64,000 nucleotides of DNA from an uncultured Kiritimatiellota bacterium (GTDB lineage: Bacteria; Verrucomicrobiota; Kiritimatiellia; RFP12; UBA1067): positions 99,210-163,209 of the forward strand of contig CAKTYZ010000003.1 of NCBI GenBank assembly GCA_934635225.1. Direction: 5' to 3'. This document shows, piece by piece, positions 26,791-35,610 of the stretch (the first letter of the stretch is position 1; every line of letters starts with the position of its first letter). A model generated the notes under the pieces. That model searched no databases. It was not told the DNA's origin and saw nothing but the letters and a program-made list of their open reading frames with translations. The translations under genes and the position numbers were made by a program.

Positions 26791-28151
26791 GTCGTCTGCG
26801 CGGCAGTTGGTGCTTGGACTACTGACCCGACAGTTCGCGCGTCGGAGACCGTGTCCATCGTCTTTGACAACGAACACAGCAAACTCATCCAATCCGGGAT
26901 GTAGTCACCCGCTCCTTCGATTCTAATCACATTCTCCACCTTGCCAGAAATCTCCGGGAGAGAAGACAGCGTGCCGACGATGATGACCTGCTCGGCGTCC
27001 AGCCTCAGATCCATTCGCTTCGGCGAAAGCCAGATCGTCTTTTGCCGTCCCCTTCGTCCGGCATCGTCCGCCTCTCCACAGACAACAACGACCTCCGCCT
27101 CGTCTAGGATTTGCCGTGCGTCTTGCACAATCACAAATGAAGCCGTCGGGAAACCTGTCAAGAACTCGCGTATTTCTCGCGGATACATTTCACCGCCAAG
27201 AACTTTTGAATCCGGCACAAGCCAGAACAATGGGTTCGTTCGCCCAACTTGGATGCCGTAATTTCGCTTCCTGATCAGCGGCGAACCGTCTTCGCCCTGC
27301 AATACAAGTGCCGCACTCGCCACACATCCAAGAAATCCCGTCAGGCCAATTCCCCAAAACAGTGCAAGTCTCAAAAAACTCCACCGCAGAGAAACAAGCA
27401 CACAAACAAGCGTCATTAAAGGAATTACCCACAAACACCAACTTTCACAGACCGAACTAAACAGAGCCGCCACAAAAAGTGCAACCCATTCCGCCCAGCA
27501 CAGCCAAGCTCCCTGCCGACGTCCGACAATAAAACCAAATGGCAGTACAACACTCCACCCCAACAGCCAGACAACGCCTCCGACAATGCCCGTTTCGACA
27601 ATCCACGTCAAGTGGCTGTTAACCAGAGTCCGATAGCGTTCCTTGCGATCCAAAGGCTGATACCACTGCATATAAGCCTCGCCTGAGTTCCCGATCCCCC
27701 AGCCGAACGGTGCGTCCAACATCATACGAGGTGCTGTCTGCCAAAGTTCAAGACGATTGCCGACAGAGCGATCTTCACGCAAGAACTCAGGTGCCAATCG
27801 TCCGACAACCCCCATCTGAATGGACAGCAGGCAGAACCCCACCACAACCGTCAAGAGGCTCGCCTTGACAAGCGTTCTCATGCTTTTCATGCGACGCAAA
27901 ACCACAAGTGCCAATGGAACAGAGGCAACTGCCAGTGCAACAATTCCACCTCGTGAGAACGTGTGCAGAAGAATGTACAGAGAACCCACAGCAAGCGCAG
28001 CTCCAAGAATACGGGCAAATCGACGAGCGGAACATGCCAAAGCCAATCCGATCAGAACCAGTTCGACAGCCAACACAGCCAGCTTGTTCGGATTGTCGAA
28101 CCCGAACTGCCAACGCACAATGCCATTGTAAAAGAAAGAGGCCAACAGCAT
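26772..28151 (-). CDS. O-antigen ligase / Wzy_C-family polytopic membrane protein
   Basis: 459 aa with multiple TM helices. Periplasmic-loop motif FGWGIGNSGEAYMQWYQ...RTLVNSHLTWIVETGIVGG matches the Wzy_C / WaaL signature (GxGxGN ... HNsyL..ETG). The last 6 codons run into the 30-bp motif. Confidence 0.55.
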   Translation of the reverse strand: MLLASFFYNGIVRWQFGFDNPNKLAVLAVELVLIGLALACSARRFARILGAALAVGSLYILLHTFSRGGIVALAVASVPLALVVLRRMKSMRTLVKASLLTVVVGFCLLSIQMGVVGRLAPEFLREDRSVGNRLELWQTAPRMMLDAPFGWGIGNSGEAYMQWYQPLDRKERYRTLVNSHLTWIVETGIVGGVVWLLGWSVVLPFGFIVGRRQGAWLCWAEWVALFVAALFSSVCESWCLWVIPLMTLVCVLVSLRWSFLRLALFWGIGLTGFLGCVASAALVLQGEDGSPLIRKRNYGIQVGRTNPLFWLVPDSKVLGGEMYPREIREFLTGFPTASFVIVQDARQILDEAEVVVVCGEADDAGRRGRQKTIWLSPKRMDLRLDAEQVIIVGTLSSLPEISGKVENVIRIEGAGDYIPDWMSLLCSLSKTMDTVSDARTVGSVVQAPTAAQTTHYSFE

Positions 28152-28157
28152 ATGCGA

Positions 28158-29861
28158 TTACTCGGCCTTCCACAATTCCGCTATCGGGCGGCTGGGCAGC
28201 ATCACGCGATAGGCATCGGGAATCTCATCGCCTTGCGCACGTGCGACACAGCGCAGATTCACAACATCACCAACCAGCGGAGCCGAATCAAATAACGTGC
28301 GCCAATTGACCGCTGCCGAACGCCGCGTTCTGTCTAGCGCCAACTGAAACACGGCCCGTCCCAACCGTTCTGCCGCGCCACACCCCGAATGGCCAAGCCC
28401 CGGATAGGCTCGATAGAGAATCGGGTATTCCTTATCTTTAGCCGCCTTGAAGAACGCAAGGGAGCGTTCGTAACCACATTCATTCTCACCCGTCGTGAGG
28501 CACCAGAGGATAGATGCGCCTCCGCTCGTCGGCTCATCGAAACTGCTTGGAATGTGAATGTGAACGGCCAAAAACCGCTCAGGCTTGCGCAAGGCCAGAC
28601 GCTGTGCATACTGCGCGGCGCCCGAATACCCCCAAAGCAAAAACCGCACATCAGGAATTCTTTCTTCCCGGACAAGACCATCTACACACTTTGACCACGC
28701 TTCAGAAACCTGATCAAACGCACGATCTGCCGTGCGCGCCTCTTGTCGCGTGAGATCCGTCCAGTTCTTGCGCGGATTCCACAGATGCCGCGCGGAGCCC
28801 CAGGCGACGACTGCAAGCTTGTTGCTCTCGGCAAAGGCGACCATGCGCCCGACCTCAGAGGCAATATTCCCCGTGACAATCTTCGCAGGGATGTCGTCCG
28901 GACTGTTCGCAAGCAGGCTCAGGCAAAGCACGCCTCGCGGGATCTCGTTTCTTCGTGTGCGCAGAAAGACTGTCAGGACAGGCTGAGCCGTCGGCTTTGC
29001 CCTCATAGTCCGACGGAGAATTTCAATCTTGTCGCGCCTCGTCAAGCTTCGCCAACGCAGCAACAACTCTTCCGACGGAAGCCAAAACGAATTGACGTCC
29101 TCCGCTTTTGGTAGACGATTCCCTCGTGTGCCCGTGATGGCATTCGCCCAAACGCCCCCTTCTGCACGGCGACGTCCTTGCAGTTTTAAGATCTCAAGAA
29201 AATAGGCTCGCACAAAATCTTCTAAAACCGCACTACGACTGTGACCAAGCCCCGGAACATCCACCCATGTCCACCGTCGAGCGGCTGCGCGCCCATCATG
29301 AAAGTGCGACAGGCAAGTACCATAACGAAAATCTTCCGTTCCGCAGGCTACAATGCCCGGCGGCCTTTCGCCCCCAATCTGCGACAGACCCTGCCACCAA
29401 CCAGCGGAAGCTGCGCACCACGCCGTGACACGTGAAGGGAACTGTTCAGCGAAACTTGCGGCAAAATGCGCGCCGCCGGAAAACCCGTAAACAAACAGCG
29501 GCAACCGTCCCAATCCGACGGAATCAAGAAACGTCAACAATTTCAGGCCGGATCCTGACCGCGCATCGTAGTAGCCATGTCCCTGTTTCAAATCCGCAAC
29601 AGGGGAACGGAAGGTGACGGCAACCAGTGCTATCGCGTTTGACTGCGCGAACGAAACCCACGCCTTTTCTTTGAGATACACCGAGGCATCGCCATTTGCG
29701 CCCGCAAGCACCACCATGACCGCGCGACAATTCTTCACCTCGCAGACAGGATGGATCAGTGCCTCGAAATGCACTTCTTGCGGCTGATCCTCCGCACGGA
29801 TCGTCACACAGAAGATTGCCGCAAACGCGGACACGAGCAACATGAAAGACGCAGGCTTCAT
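28158..29861 (-). CDS. secreted tandem alpha/beta-hydrolase (two esterase domains)
   Basis: 567 aa with a signal peptide. Two nucleophile elbows, GFSGGA and GYSGAAQ (GxSxG), each followed by a His near the domain end (GLGHS.. twice). Confidence 0.55.
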   Translation of the reverse strand: MKPASFMLLVSAFAAIFCVTIRAEDQPQEVHFEALIHPVCEVKNCRAVMVVLAGANGDASVYLKEKAWVSFAQSNAIALVAVTFRSPVADLKQGHGYYDARSGSGLKLLTFLDSVGLGRLPLFVYGFSGGAHFAASFAEQFPSRVTAWCAASAGWWQGLSQIGGERPPGIVACGTEDFRYGTCLSHFHDGRAAARRWTWVDVPGLGHSRSAVLEDFVRAYFLEILKLQGRRRAEGGVWANAITGTRGNRLPKAEDVNSFWLPSEELLLRWRSLTRRDKIEILRRTMRAKPTAQPVLTVFLRTRRNEIPRGVLCLSLLANSPDDIPAKIVTGNIASEVGRMVAFAESNKLAVVAWGSARHLWNPRKNWTDLTRQEARTADRAFDQVSEAWSKCVDGLVREERIPDVRFLLWGYSGAAQYAQRLALRKPERFLAVHIHIPSSFDEPTSGGASILWCLTTGENECGYERSLAFFKAAKDKEYPILYRAYPGLGHSGCGAAERLGRAVFQLALDRTRRSAAVNWRTLFDSAPLVGDVVNLRCVARAQGDEIPDAYRVMLPSRPIAELWKAE

Positions 29862-32170
29862 TTTCTCAGGACAAGATCCGGTGCATAGATGATGTTATCC
29901 TCGCTTTTCGGAAGTTCAGGCTGAACCTCTCTGGTCACAAGTTCCCGCGTCCGCCTATCCAGCAAGTTCCGCTTGCTTCGCAAAAGCGCAATCACCTCCC
30001 TGACCGGTTTGGCGTTCCGCTCGGAGATCAACTTGACTTCAGTCCGCGTCCCATCCGTTGTCTCAGACGAAAACGTGTCGGCTCCTTCATACAGGCCACC
30101 TGAACGCATCTCGCCGAAATCGCCACGCGAGAAATAGGACATGAGCGAATGAACCCTGACCGGCGGAAGGTGTTCAAACCGATACCGCCCCGCACTGTCG
30201 GTTTTCGTCCACCGTTCAGGATACGTCACAAGTTCAAGTCCTGGCAAGAAAGTCCCCTTGATCCGAACGCCGCCCTGCGGACGTCCACGCTCATCGACAA
30301 CTCGCCCCGAAACAGTGACCATCATGGACGCGGGGAACACCTCAACGGCAAGATGCACGTCATTCGATCCCTTTGTAAAACGTCCGTCAGGCAGAATCCG
30401 AAAACGCAAGCCATCAAGACGCTCCATGAGCAGCACGTTCTGCTGATCGACTCTCCAGTCTCCCGGTTCAAGATCCACTCCACGCTCCTTGATGCAATCG
30501 ATTTCCAGATGATGTGCCTGTCCACCAGATCCAACGACATCAATCCCATACTTCTCTGTTGGCGGAGGACACATTCGTTCGTAAAACCGCGCCAACGCCA
30601 CAGACATCTTTTCGGGCGTATCCGCAACTTTCAATTCCGCCAAATCAAACGCCGTCACGTCGGGATGCACAACGAACCCATAGAAACTCGTATTTCGAGC
30701 CGCCTCCCTGGTCACTTCCTCCTGAGTCTTAATCTGCGGCTCAGGCCGTTTGACTCCTTTCTTCACATCTTCATGCCATTTCACGAACTCTTCCGCGTTT
30801 GGGACAAAGCGATTGACAATCTTGCCATTTCGTACGCTGGCAACCTGTTTTCCTGTTGACGTATACAGGTAGTCGCAATCGCTCTTCTCGTCTCCGCCGC
30901 TCCGAGTCCGCAACAGTCTTCCATTCTTGACGTCAAACCAGAACTCGACAGAAAGACCTGTTTTTGGCATGATTTTGCAATAGGTCAAGCGACCTGTTTC
31001 CATGTATCGGCTCTCGGTTGTCGTGCCGGATTTCCGATCCGTCTCCAGCGTCATGGACAACGCGCCCTTTTCGTCATAGGCGTATTCAGTCCGACTGCCA
31101 TATCCCTGCGAATATGTCGTTTCCAGCCATCGCTTCTTGCCGCGAAGATTCTTGCCCGATGTGAACACGCGCCAGACACGCCGACATTCTTTCCGTTCGC
31201 TGACTCTCATGCCCGTTTCGAGATTCGCGTACTCCTCCTCCGTCTCGCCATCTGGTCGCTTGCGGAGAATGTGCGCATTTCGCCGCTTCGCATCGACTTT
31301 CGTGATGACATAAGTCCAGTCGTTCAGCGAAAGGATCTGCCGCGTCCCTAAGTCATACGCATAGTTCCGCTCTCCATCCGAGAAAGTCGCCCGCCCTTTC
31401 TTTGCCAAGCCATGGACAATCCGATACGTCCGTCCGCCAGACTTCAACTGGACAACGGACATCCGCTCTTTCTGAAGCCCCCACTGTCCATTCGCATTCA
31501 GACCTCCGACACGCACGGGTGCCAAAAGGACTTCAGCCCTTCCGCCATCCGTAAACGCAATCGTCCGCATTTGGCCGCTCTCCCTGCCGCCCGTTTCCAT
31601 CCGGCACAAGACCTTGCCGCCACAGACCATCTGCTCGAAAGTCCCGTCCGCCGAATAGCGGAACTCGACCGACAGCCCTCGCGTGTTCATTCTCACGAGC
31701 CGACCGTTCCTGAAAACGAGGTCGGGGAGCTTCTTCTCCAATCGCCAATAGAAGCGAGTCTCGCCGCCGTTCGTCACGCAACCGGAACCACGGCGTCCGC
31801 GCCACAGGTTCGGGCGTTCCTCCTTCCTGAGCCAGAACTTCCGCACAATTCCGTCCGGGCTGTGCATCACAAGACAGTCCCGACTGACAGGATAGATTCG
31901 CGACTCAAACCAGGGGATGCGCCAACCGTAGCCCAGAGTCGTCTTGCCACTCGGCTCTTCGGACGACCAGTAGGCATAGACCGTGCATTTCTTCGGCCCG
32001 AACGACAACGTACCCAACGGATATTCGGCGATTGCGTGACCAATGGCATCCGTCCCCTCAATTGCACTGTCCGCCAACGCCGCTCCACTGTGGAGCGGCA
32101 TCCTCATCCGCCCACCCTGCGACACACAGCCGACGCAAGCAAAACCAACGGCTAAGACAATGCGTTTCAT
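29858..32170 (-). CDS. lipoprotein with C-terminal CarboxypepD_reg-like (transthyretin-fold) domain and conserved ..NIIYAPDLVLRK tail (paralog 1)
   Basis: 770 aa. Lipobox LAVGFACVGC. Near the C-terminus VTVSGRVVDERGRPQGGVRIKG..YRF is a CarboxypepD_reg-like beta-sandwich. The tail is shared with 32177-33094 and 33559-34482. Confidence 0.4.
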   Translation of the reverse strand: MKRIVLAVGFACVGCVSQGGRMRMPLHSGAALADSAIEGTDAIGHAIAEYPLGTLSFGPKKCTVYAYWSSEEPSGKTTLGYGWRIPWFESRIYPVSRDCLVMHSPDGIVRKFWLRKEERPNLWRGRRGSGCVTNGGETRFYWRLEKKLPDLVFRNGRLVRMNTRGLSVEFRYSADGTFEQMVCGGKVLCRMETGGRESGQMRTIAFTDGGRAEVLLAPVRVGGLNANGQWGLQKERMSVVQLKSGGRTYRIVHGLAKKGRATFSDGERNYAYDLGTRQILSLNDWTYVITKVDAKRRNAHILRKRPDGETEEEYANLETGMRVSERKECRRVWRVFTSGKNLRGKKRWLETTYSQGYGSRTEYAYDEKGALSMTLETDRKSGTTTESRYMETGRLTYCKIMPKTGLSVEFWFDVKNGRLLRTRSGGDEKSDCDYLYTSTGKQVASVRNGKIVNRFVPNAEEFVKWHEDVKKGVKRPEPQIKTQEEVTREAARNTSFYGFVVHPDVTAFDLAELKVADTPEKMSVALARFYERMCPPPTEKYGIDVVGSGGQAHHLEIDCIKERGVDLEPGDWRVDQQNVLLMERLDGLRFRILPDGRFTKGSNDVHLAVEVFPASMMVTVSGRVVDERGRPQGGVRIKGTFLPGLELVTYPERWTKTDSAGRYRFEHLPPVRVHSLMSYFSRGDFGEMRSGGLYEGADTFSSETTDGTRTEVKLISERNAKPVREVIALLRSKRNLLDRRTRELVTREVQPELPKSEDNIIYAPDLVLRK

Positions 32171-32176
32171 CTATAT

Positions 32177-33094
32177 TTACGGCAAGGCGATATCTGGCAC
32201 ATAGATAACGTTGTTCGTGCTCACGGGAAATCCTCTAATTGGCGCTTTCAGAGGATAAGGCTTTCCTTTCTTTCTCTCATAGGCAGACACGATTCTCTCT
32301 GCAGATGTCCTCAGGGACGCTGTAAGTGTCAAGACTTCAACTTCTTTCACCTGTAGGTCTCGCTCAATCCCCTCTCGAATCCCTATACGTACGGAAAGAG
32401 GGGAATCCTCAAAACACGTTCGTCTCAACATATTCGTATTCGCCATAAAGACCGCCGCATCATTCAACGACGGCAATCTTAACCCCTCACAACTCCAATA
32501 GCCATCTTGTCTTGACACTGTGAACATTGCGGAGACTTTTTTCAGATTCTCATTCTCTGAATATGGAAATTGCATAATTTCAATTTGTCTCCCCGCAACG
32601 GGATTCCCATTCTTGTCTACGCAGCGTCCCTGTAGTGTCAGATTTTCTCGGTACAATTCCACGTAACAACTTTTTTCTAAAGGCATCTTTGATGCCATCC
32701 CAAAGTAGCGAATCTCCTTATCTTTTATAATCTCCACAAAGTCTGCAACAACCCAATACATTGAAGAGGATACGTCTGGCATTACGATGGAGAACCATCC
32801 TTTCTGATCGGAACTTCCCCTCGCAACAACTTTGCCATCGGGAAACGACAGAACTTGCACATTGGCGGAAACCACACGACGACGAAAGCCATTTCTCTTT
32901 GAGAATCGTTTTTGAGCCTCATTCTCAATAACAACTCGCAAGGACTCCTCGGCCGATTGGTCGTATGCGGCTGCAATCTCATTTGCCGTCAACTCATCGA
33001 CTCGCCATACTTCACCTTCTATCTTTGTTGCGCGACAGATGTAGACACCACAAAAAAGCAACATCATCGTAACACAAAATTTTTTAAAAAGCAT
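32177..33094 (-). CDS. lipoprotein, CarboxypepD_reg-like domain, conserved ..FPVSTNNVIYVPDIALP tail (paralog 2)
   Basis: 305 aa. Signal/lipobox MLFKKFCVTMMLLFCGVYIC. LQGRCVDKNGNPVAGRQIEI motif. Lower-GC DNA. Confidence 0.4.
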   Translation of the reverse strand: MLFKKFCVTMMLLFCGVYICRATKIEGEVWRVDELTANEIAAAYDQSAEESLRVVIENEAQKRFSKRNGFRRRVVSANVQVLSFPDGKVVARGSSDQKGWFSIVMPDVSSSMYWVVADFVEIIKDKEIRYFGMASKMPLEKSCYVELYRENLTLQGRCVDKNGNPVAGRQIEIMQFPYSENENLKKVSAMFTVSRQDGYWSCEGLRLPSLNDAAVFMANTNMLRRTCFEDSPLSVRIGIREGIERDLQVKEVEVLTLTASLRTSAERIVSAYERKKGKPYPLKAPIRGFPVSTNNVIYVPDIALP

Positions 33095-33111
33095 ATCACA
33101 TACTTCCTAAT

Positions 33112-33543
33112 TTATTCAACAGTATCACCTTGTAAACAAGCATCAGATGCTTCGCAGACATCTTCTGTTCCGCACGAATCATTCTCACGACACAGATCTT
33201 CTTCTTCACATCTATCTTGAAGACAGGGCTCATCACCAGCAGGCATTGACAGAAGGCAAGAATCTGCATTTGCACGACCACCAGGACAATCATCGGAATA
33301 CTTCAGTTCTGGTAAACAAACGTCTTCCGTGTCTCGACCACCTGGGCAGGTGTCGGATTCTTCACTCTCTGAGGTTGCTGGTTGACAGAAGTCCTGGCTG
33401 TGTCCACCTCCAGGACAGAGAGGTGGCAGAAATGGAGAATCTGTCGCCAGCACTGTGTCCGTGAAGGTAAAGTGTGCGAATCCACCAGCCATCAAAATTT
33501 GAAAAAGTCGATGCGCGAACTGACGACAAGAGATATTCTGCAT
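33112..33543 (-). CDS. Cys/Asp-rich repeat peptide (candidate RiPP precursor or secreted metal-binding peptide)
   Basis: 143 aa (start uncertain). Three D-x-C-P-G-G repeats (LCPGGGHSQDFC, DTCPGGRDTEDVC, DDCPGGRANADSC), then five hexads DRCEEE DLCREN DSCGTE DVCEAS DACLQG D, i.e. (DxCxxx)5, which is CxxxD spacing. Fifteen nt downstream of a gene and 17 nt upstream of the next one in the same operon as a radical-SAM/SPASM gene. Confidence 0.45.
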   Translation of the reverse strand: MQNISCRQFAHRLFQILMAGGFAHFTFTDTVLATDSPFLPPLCPGGGHSQDFCQPATSESEESDTCPGGRDTEDVCLPELKYSDDCPGGRANADSCLLSMPAGDEPCLQDRCEEEDLCRENDSCGTEDVCEASDACLQGDTVE

Positions 33544-33558
33544 TGTAAGTATTCCTTT

Positions 33559-34482
33559 TTATTGCAGAACCAGATCCGGCACATAGATGACATTGTTCGT
33601 GCTGACTGGAAAATTCGTCATCGGATTCAAACGTTTCATTTTCTTCCCCGATTTACGTTCCGTGGCGGCAATGGTCTTTTCTACCGCCCTGTGGTTCTCA
33701 TCCGTGACATTGGGGACAACCCGTTCAGCATCATATGAACCAAAAGGTTTGCGCCGCGCATATATCCCCAATTGCAAAGGATAGTGACTGACCTGCCAAT
33801 TGTCCACGATATTCGTATAACAGATGTAGGACATCAAAGGGATGATCGGAGGAGAGGCAAGCCCGTCTACACGCCATCTTCCAAGCGTATCCGTCACCGC
33901 CAGTTGTGTTGGACAAAGACGGCATTCCTCCTCCGTTTCTCCAGACGTAATCGGATGCACATAAACAAAAACGCCCTGTGCCGGAGTACCGTCTTTCTGC
34001 ACACACCTTCCCATTGCTGAAGCATATGAACGCATCATGGTTATGTTCGCTTCATAATATGCCGCATTACGCCTCTTATATGTCCGGGACACCCCAACAT
34101 ACAAGACAGGTCTACCAAACTCCTCACGGACAACCTTACTATAGGCTCGCCATAACGAATCTTTCCCAGGCATTACAACAGAATAATTTCCATCCTGATC
34201 GACCTTTCCGCGACCAACAACCTTGAAGTCGGGAAGCGTCTGTATCTCAACCGTCGCACCAACGGGAATGGTCATATATTTGATGCCTTGAGCATTTTGT
34301 CGCTCCATGATTTGCCGTGCGGCAAGTTCAGGGATACGTGCACCCGTTGTCGCATATTCCTCAGCGACTTCCGCAATGCTCGGCGTCGCCTCAAGTCGCA
34401 CCCAGCCCTTGACAACATCTCCACTTGCATTTACAGCAACTAATAAAGATGCAACCGTTCCCATCAATTTCCGTGCTTTCAT
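33559..34482 (-). CDS. secreted protein, CarboxypepD_reg-like domain, conserved ..FPVSTNNVIYVPDLVLQ tail (paralog 3)
   Basis: 308 aa. The ORF track fuses this with the upstream radical-SAM reading frame. The real start MKARKLMGTVASLLVAVNA (ATG 34482) lies 13 nt after the radical-SAM stop. AMGRCVQKDGTPAQG motif. Confidence 0.45.
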   Translation of the reverse strand: MKARKLMGTVASLLVAVNASGDVVKGWVRLEATPSIAEVAEEYATTGARIPELAARQIMERQNAQGIKYMTIPVGATVEIQTLPDFKVVGRGKVDQDGNYSVVMPGKDSLWRAYSKVVREEFGRPVLYVGVSRTYKRRNAAYYEANITMMRSYASAMGRCVQKDGTPAQGVFVYVHPITSGETEEECRLCPTQLAVTDTLGRWRVDGLASPPIIPLMSYICYTNIVDNWQVSHYPLQLGIYARRKPFGSYDAERVVPNVTDENHRAVEKTIAATERKSGKKMKRLNPMTNFPVSTNNVIYVPDLVLQ

Positions 34483-34495
34483 GATTCTATTCCTT

Positions 34496-35610
34496 TCATT
34501 GTTTTGCGTACAAGGACGCAAACCATGCCTCCTGCATAATCCAACGTTTTGAATCCTCACAATTCCGCTCAGACAGGGCAAATGTTCCGTCCGGACGAGC
34601 GACCTCCCACGGGCATGGGCCTTTGCAAAACGGGTAGGCCCAGCATCCGAAGCAATGTCCTTTGACAAGCTCGCGATACTTACGCCAAAACGTCTGACAC
34701 TTTTCAACGTCAGGGCCATCCAAGACAGATCCAACAACCCAGTTCTCCATGCCGACAAAACGGTGACATGGATAGGGCGTTCCGTTCGCCCCGACCGTCG
34801 TCGTCCCGCGACAGGCGCCGCATCGAAAGGGTGAAATCGGCTCTGCCTCCAGTTTCTTCGCGCCATCAGCCTTTTGATTCCTGCAACGGCCAGATCAAAC
34901 GACCCCGTTCCCGTGCGCGTCGGGCACTGCCCGTCATGGCGTTCCTTCGGCCCGTCCAGACTGACCATCAGACCAAAGTTGTATCTCTTGATGACAGAGA
35001 TCACGTCATCGTCAATGAGCGTTCCATTCGTCGTCATCGAATAGAACACCTTCTTGCCATGAAGCTTCGCCAACCGCTGACTGTATGCCACCGCGAACAG
35101 CAAGACCTTCTTGTTCATCAGCGGCTCACCACCAAAGAACGTGATCCCAACCTCCTTTGAACGTCCGCTGACGGCGAACAGCCAGTTGATGGCCGCACGG
35201 GCAATCGTCTCGCTCATTCGGCCTTGATTTGGCACTTCATCGCGACACGTCCCGCAATAGCAATACCGACACGCGAGATTGCAGACCTCTGATAGGGCAA
35301 GCTCTAATTTTGTCCACGGAGCCTCATAGCGAAGTCGCAACAGTCGATCAAATTCCGCATCCGTCGGAATCGGCTGTTCACACGGCTCAAAAAAGCCCGA
35401 CTCCTCCAAGGCTGATATTTCACGCCTCAACCCTTCGTTCTCAGGCGACGCCTGTTCACCTGCCGCTCGCCGTTCCAAATGGGACTTTGCTTCTTGCGAG
35501 ATTTTCAACGGGCGTTTCAGCCCCCTATGCGCGACGAACGAATCGCCCTGATATGAAAAGACATGATAGGGAACTTCCTCAAGAATCCGTTCCATAAATT
35601 CAACCTCCAT
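34496..35610 (-). pseudogene. radical SAM / SPASM-domain enzyme (peptide-maturase-like) with an apparent frameshift near 34850-34895 and a shortened core; possibly a pseudogene or assembly indel
   Basis: Frame A carries ..LELALSEVCNLACRYCYCG (CX3CX2C), GITFFGGEPLM and SLDGPKERHDGQCPTRTGTGSFDLAVAGIKRLMA (an anSME/SPASM-subfamily block). It then becomes Arg-rich nonsense. Frame +2 opens at 34894 and reads KKLEAEPISPFRCGACRG..(x14)..C ... KGHCFGCWAYPFCKGPC ... C, i.e. SPASM CX2CX5CX3C clusters, ending at 34496. There are about 110 aa ahead of the CX3CX2C, which could be an RRE-type N-domain. The core-to-SPASM spacing looks about 50-90 aa shorter than in anSME/PqqE-type enzymes. Confidence 0.55.
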
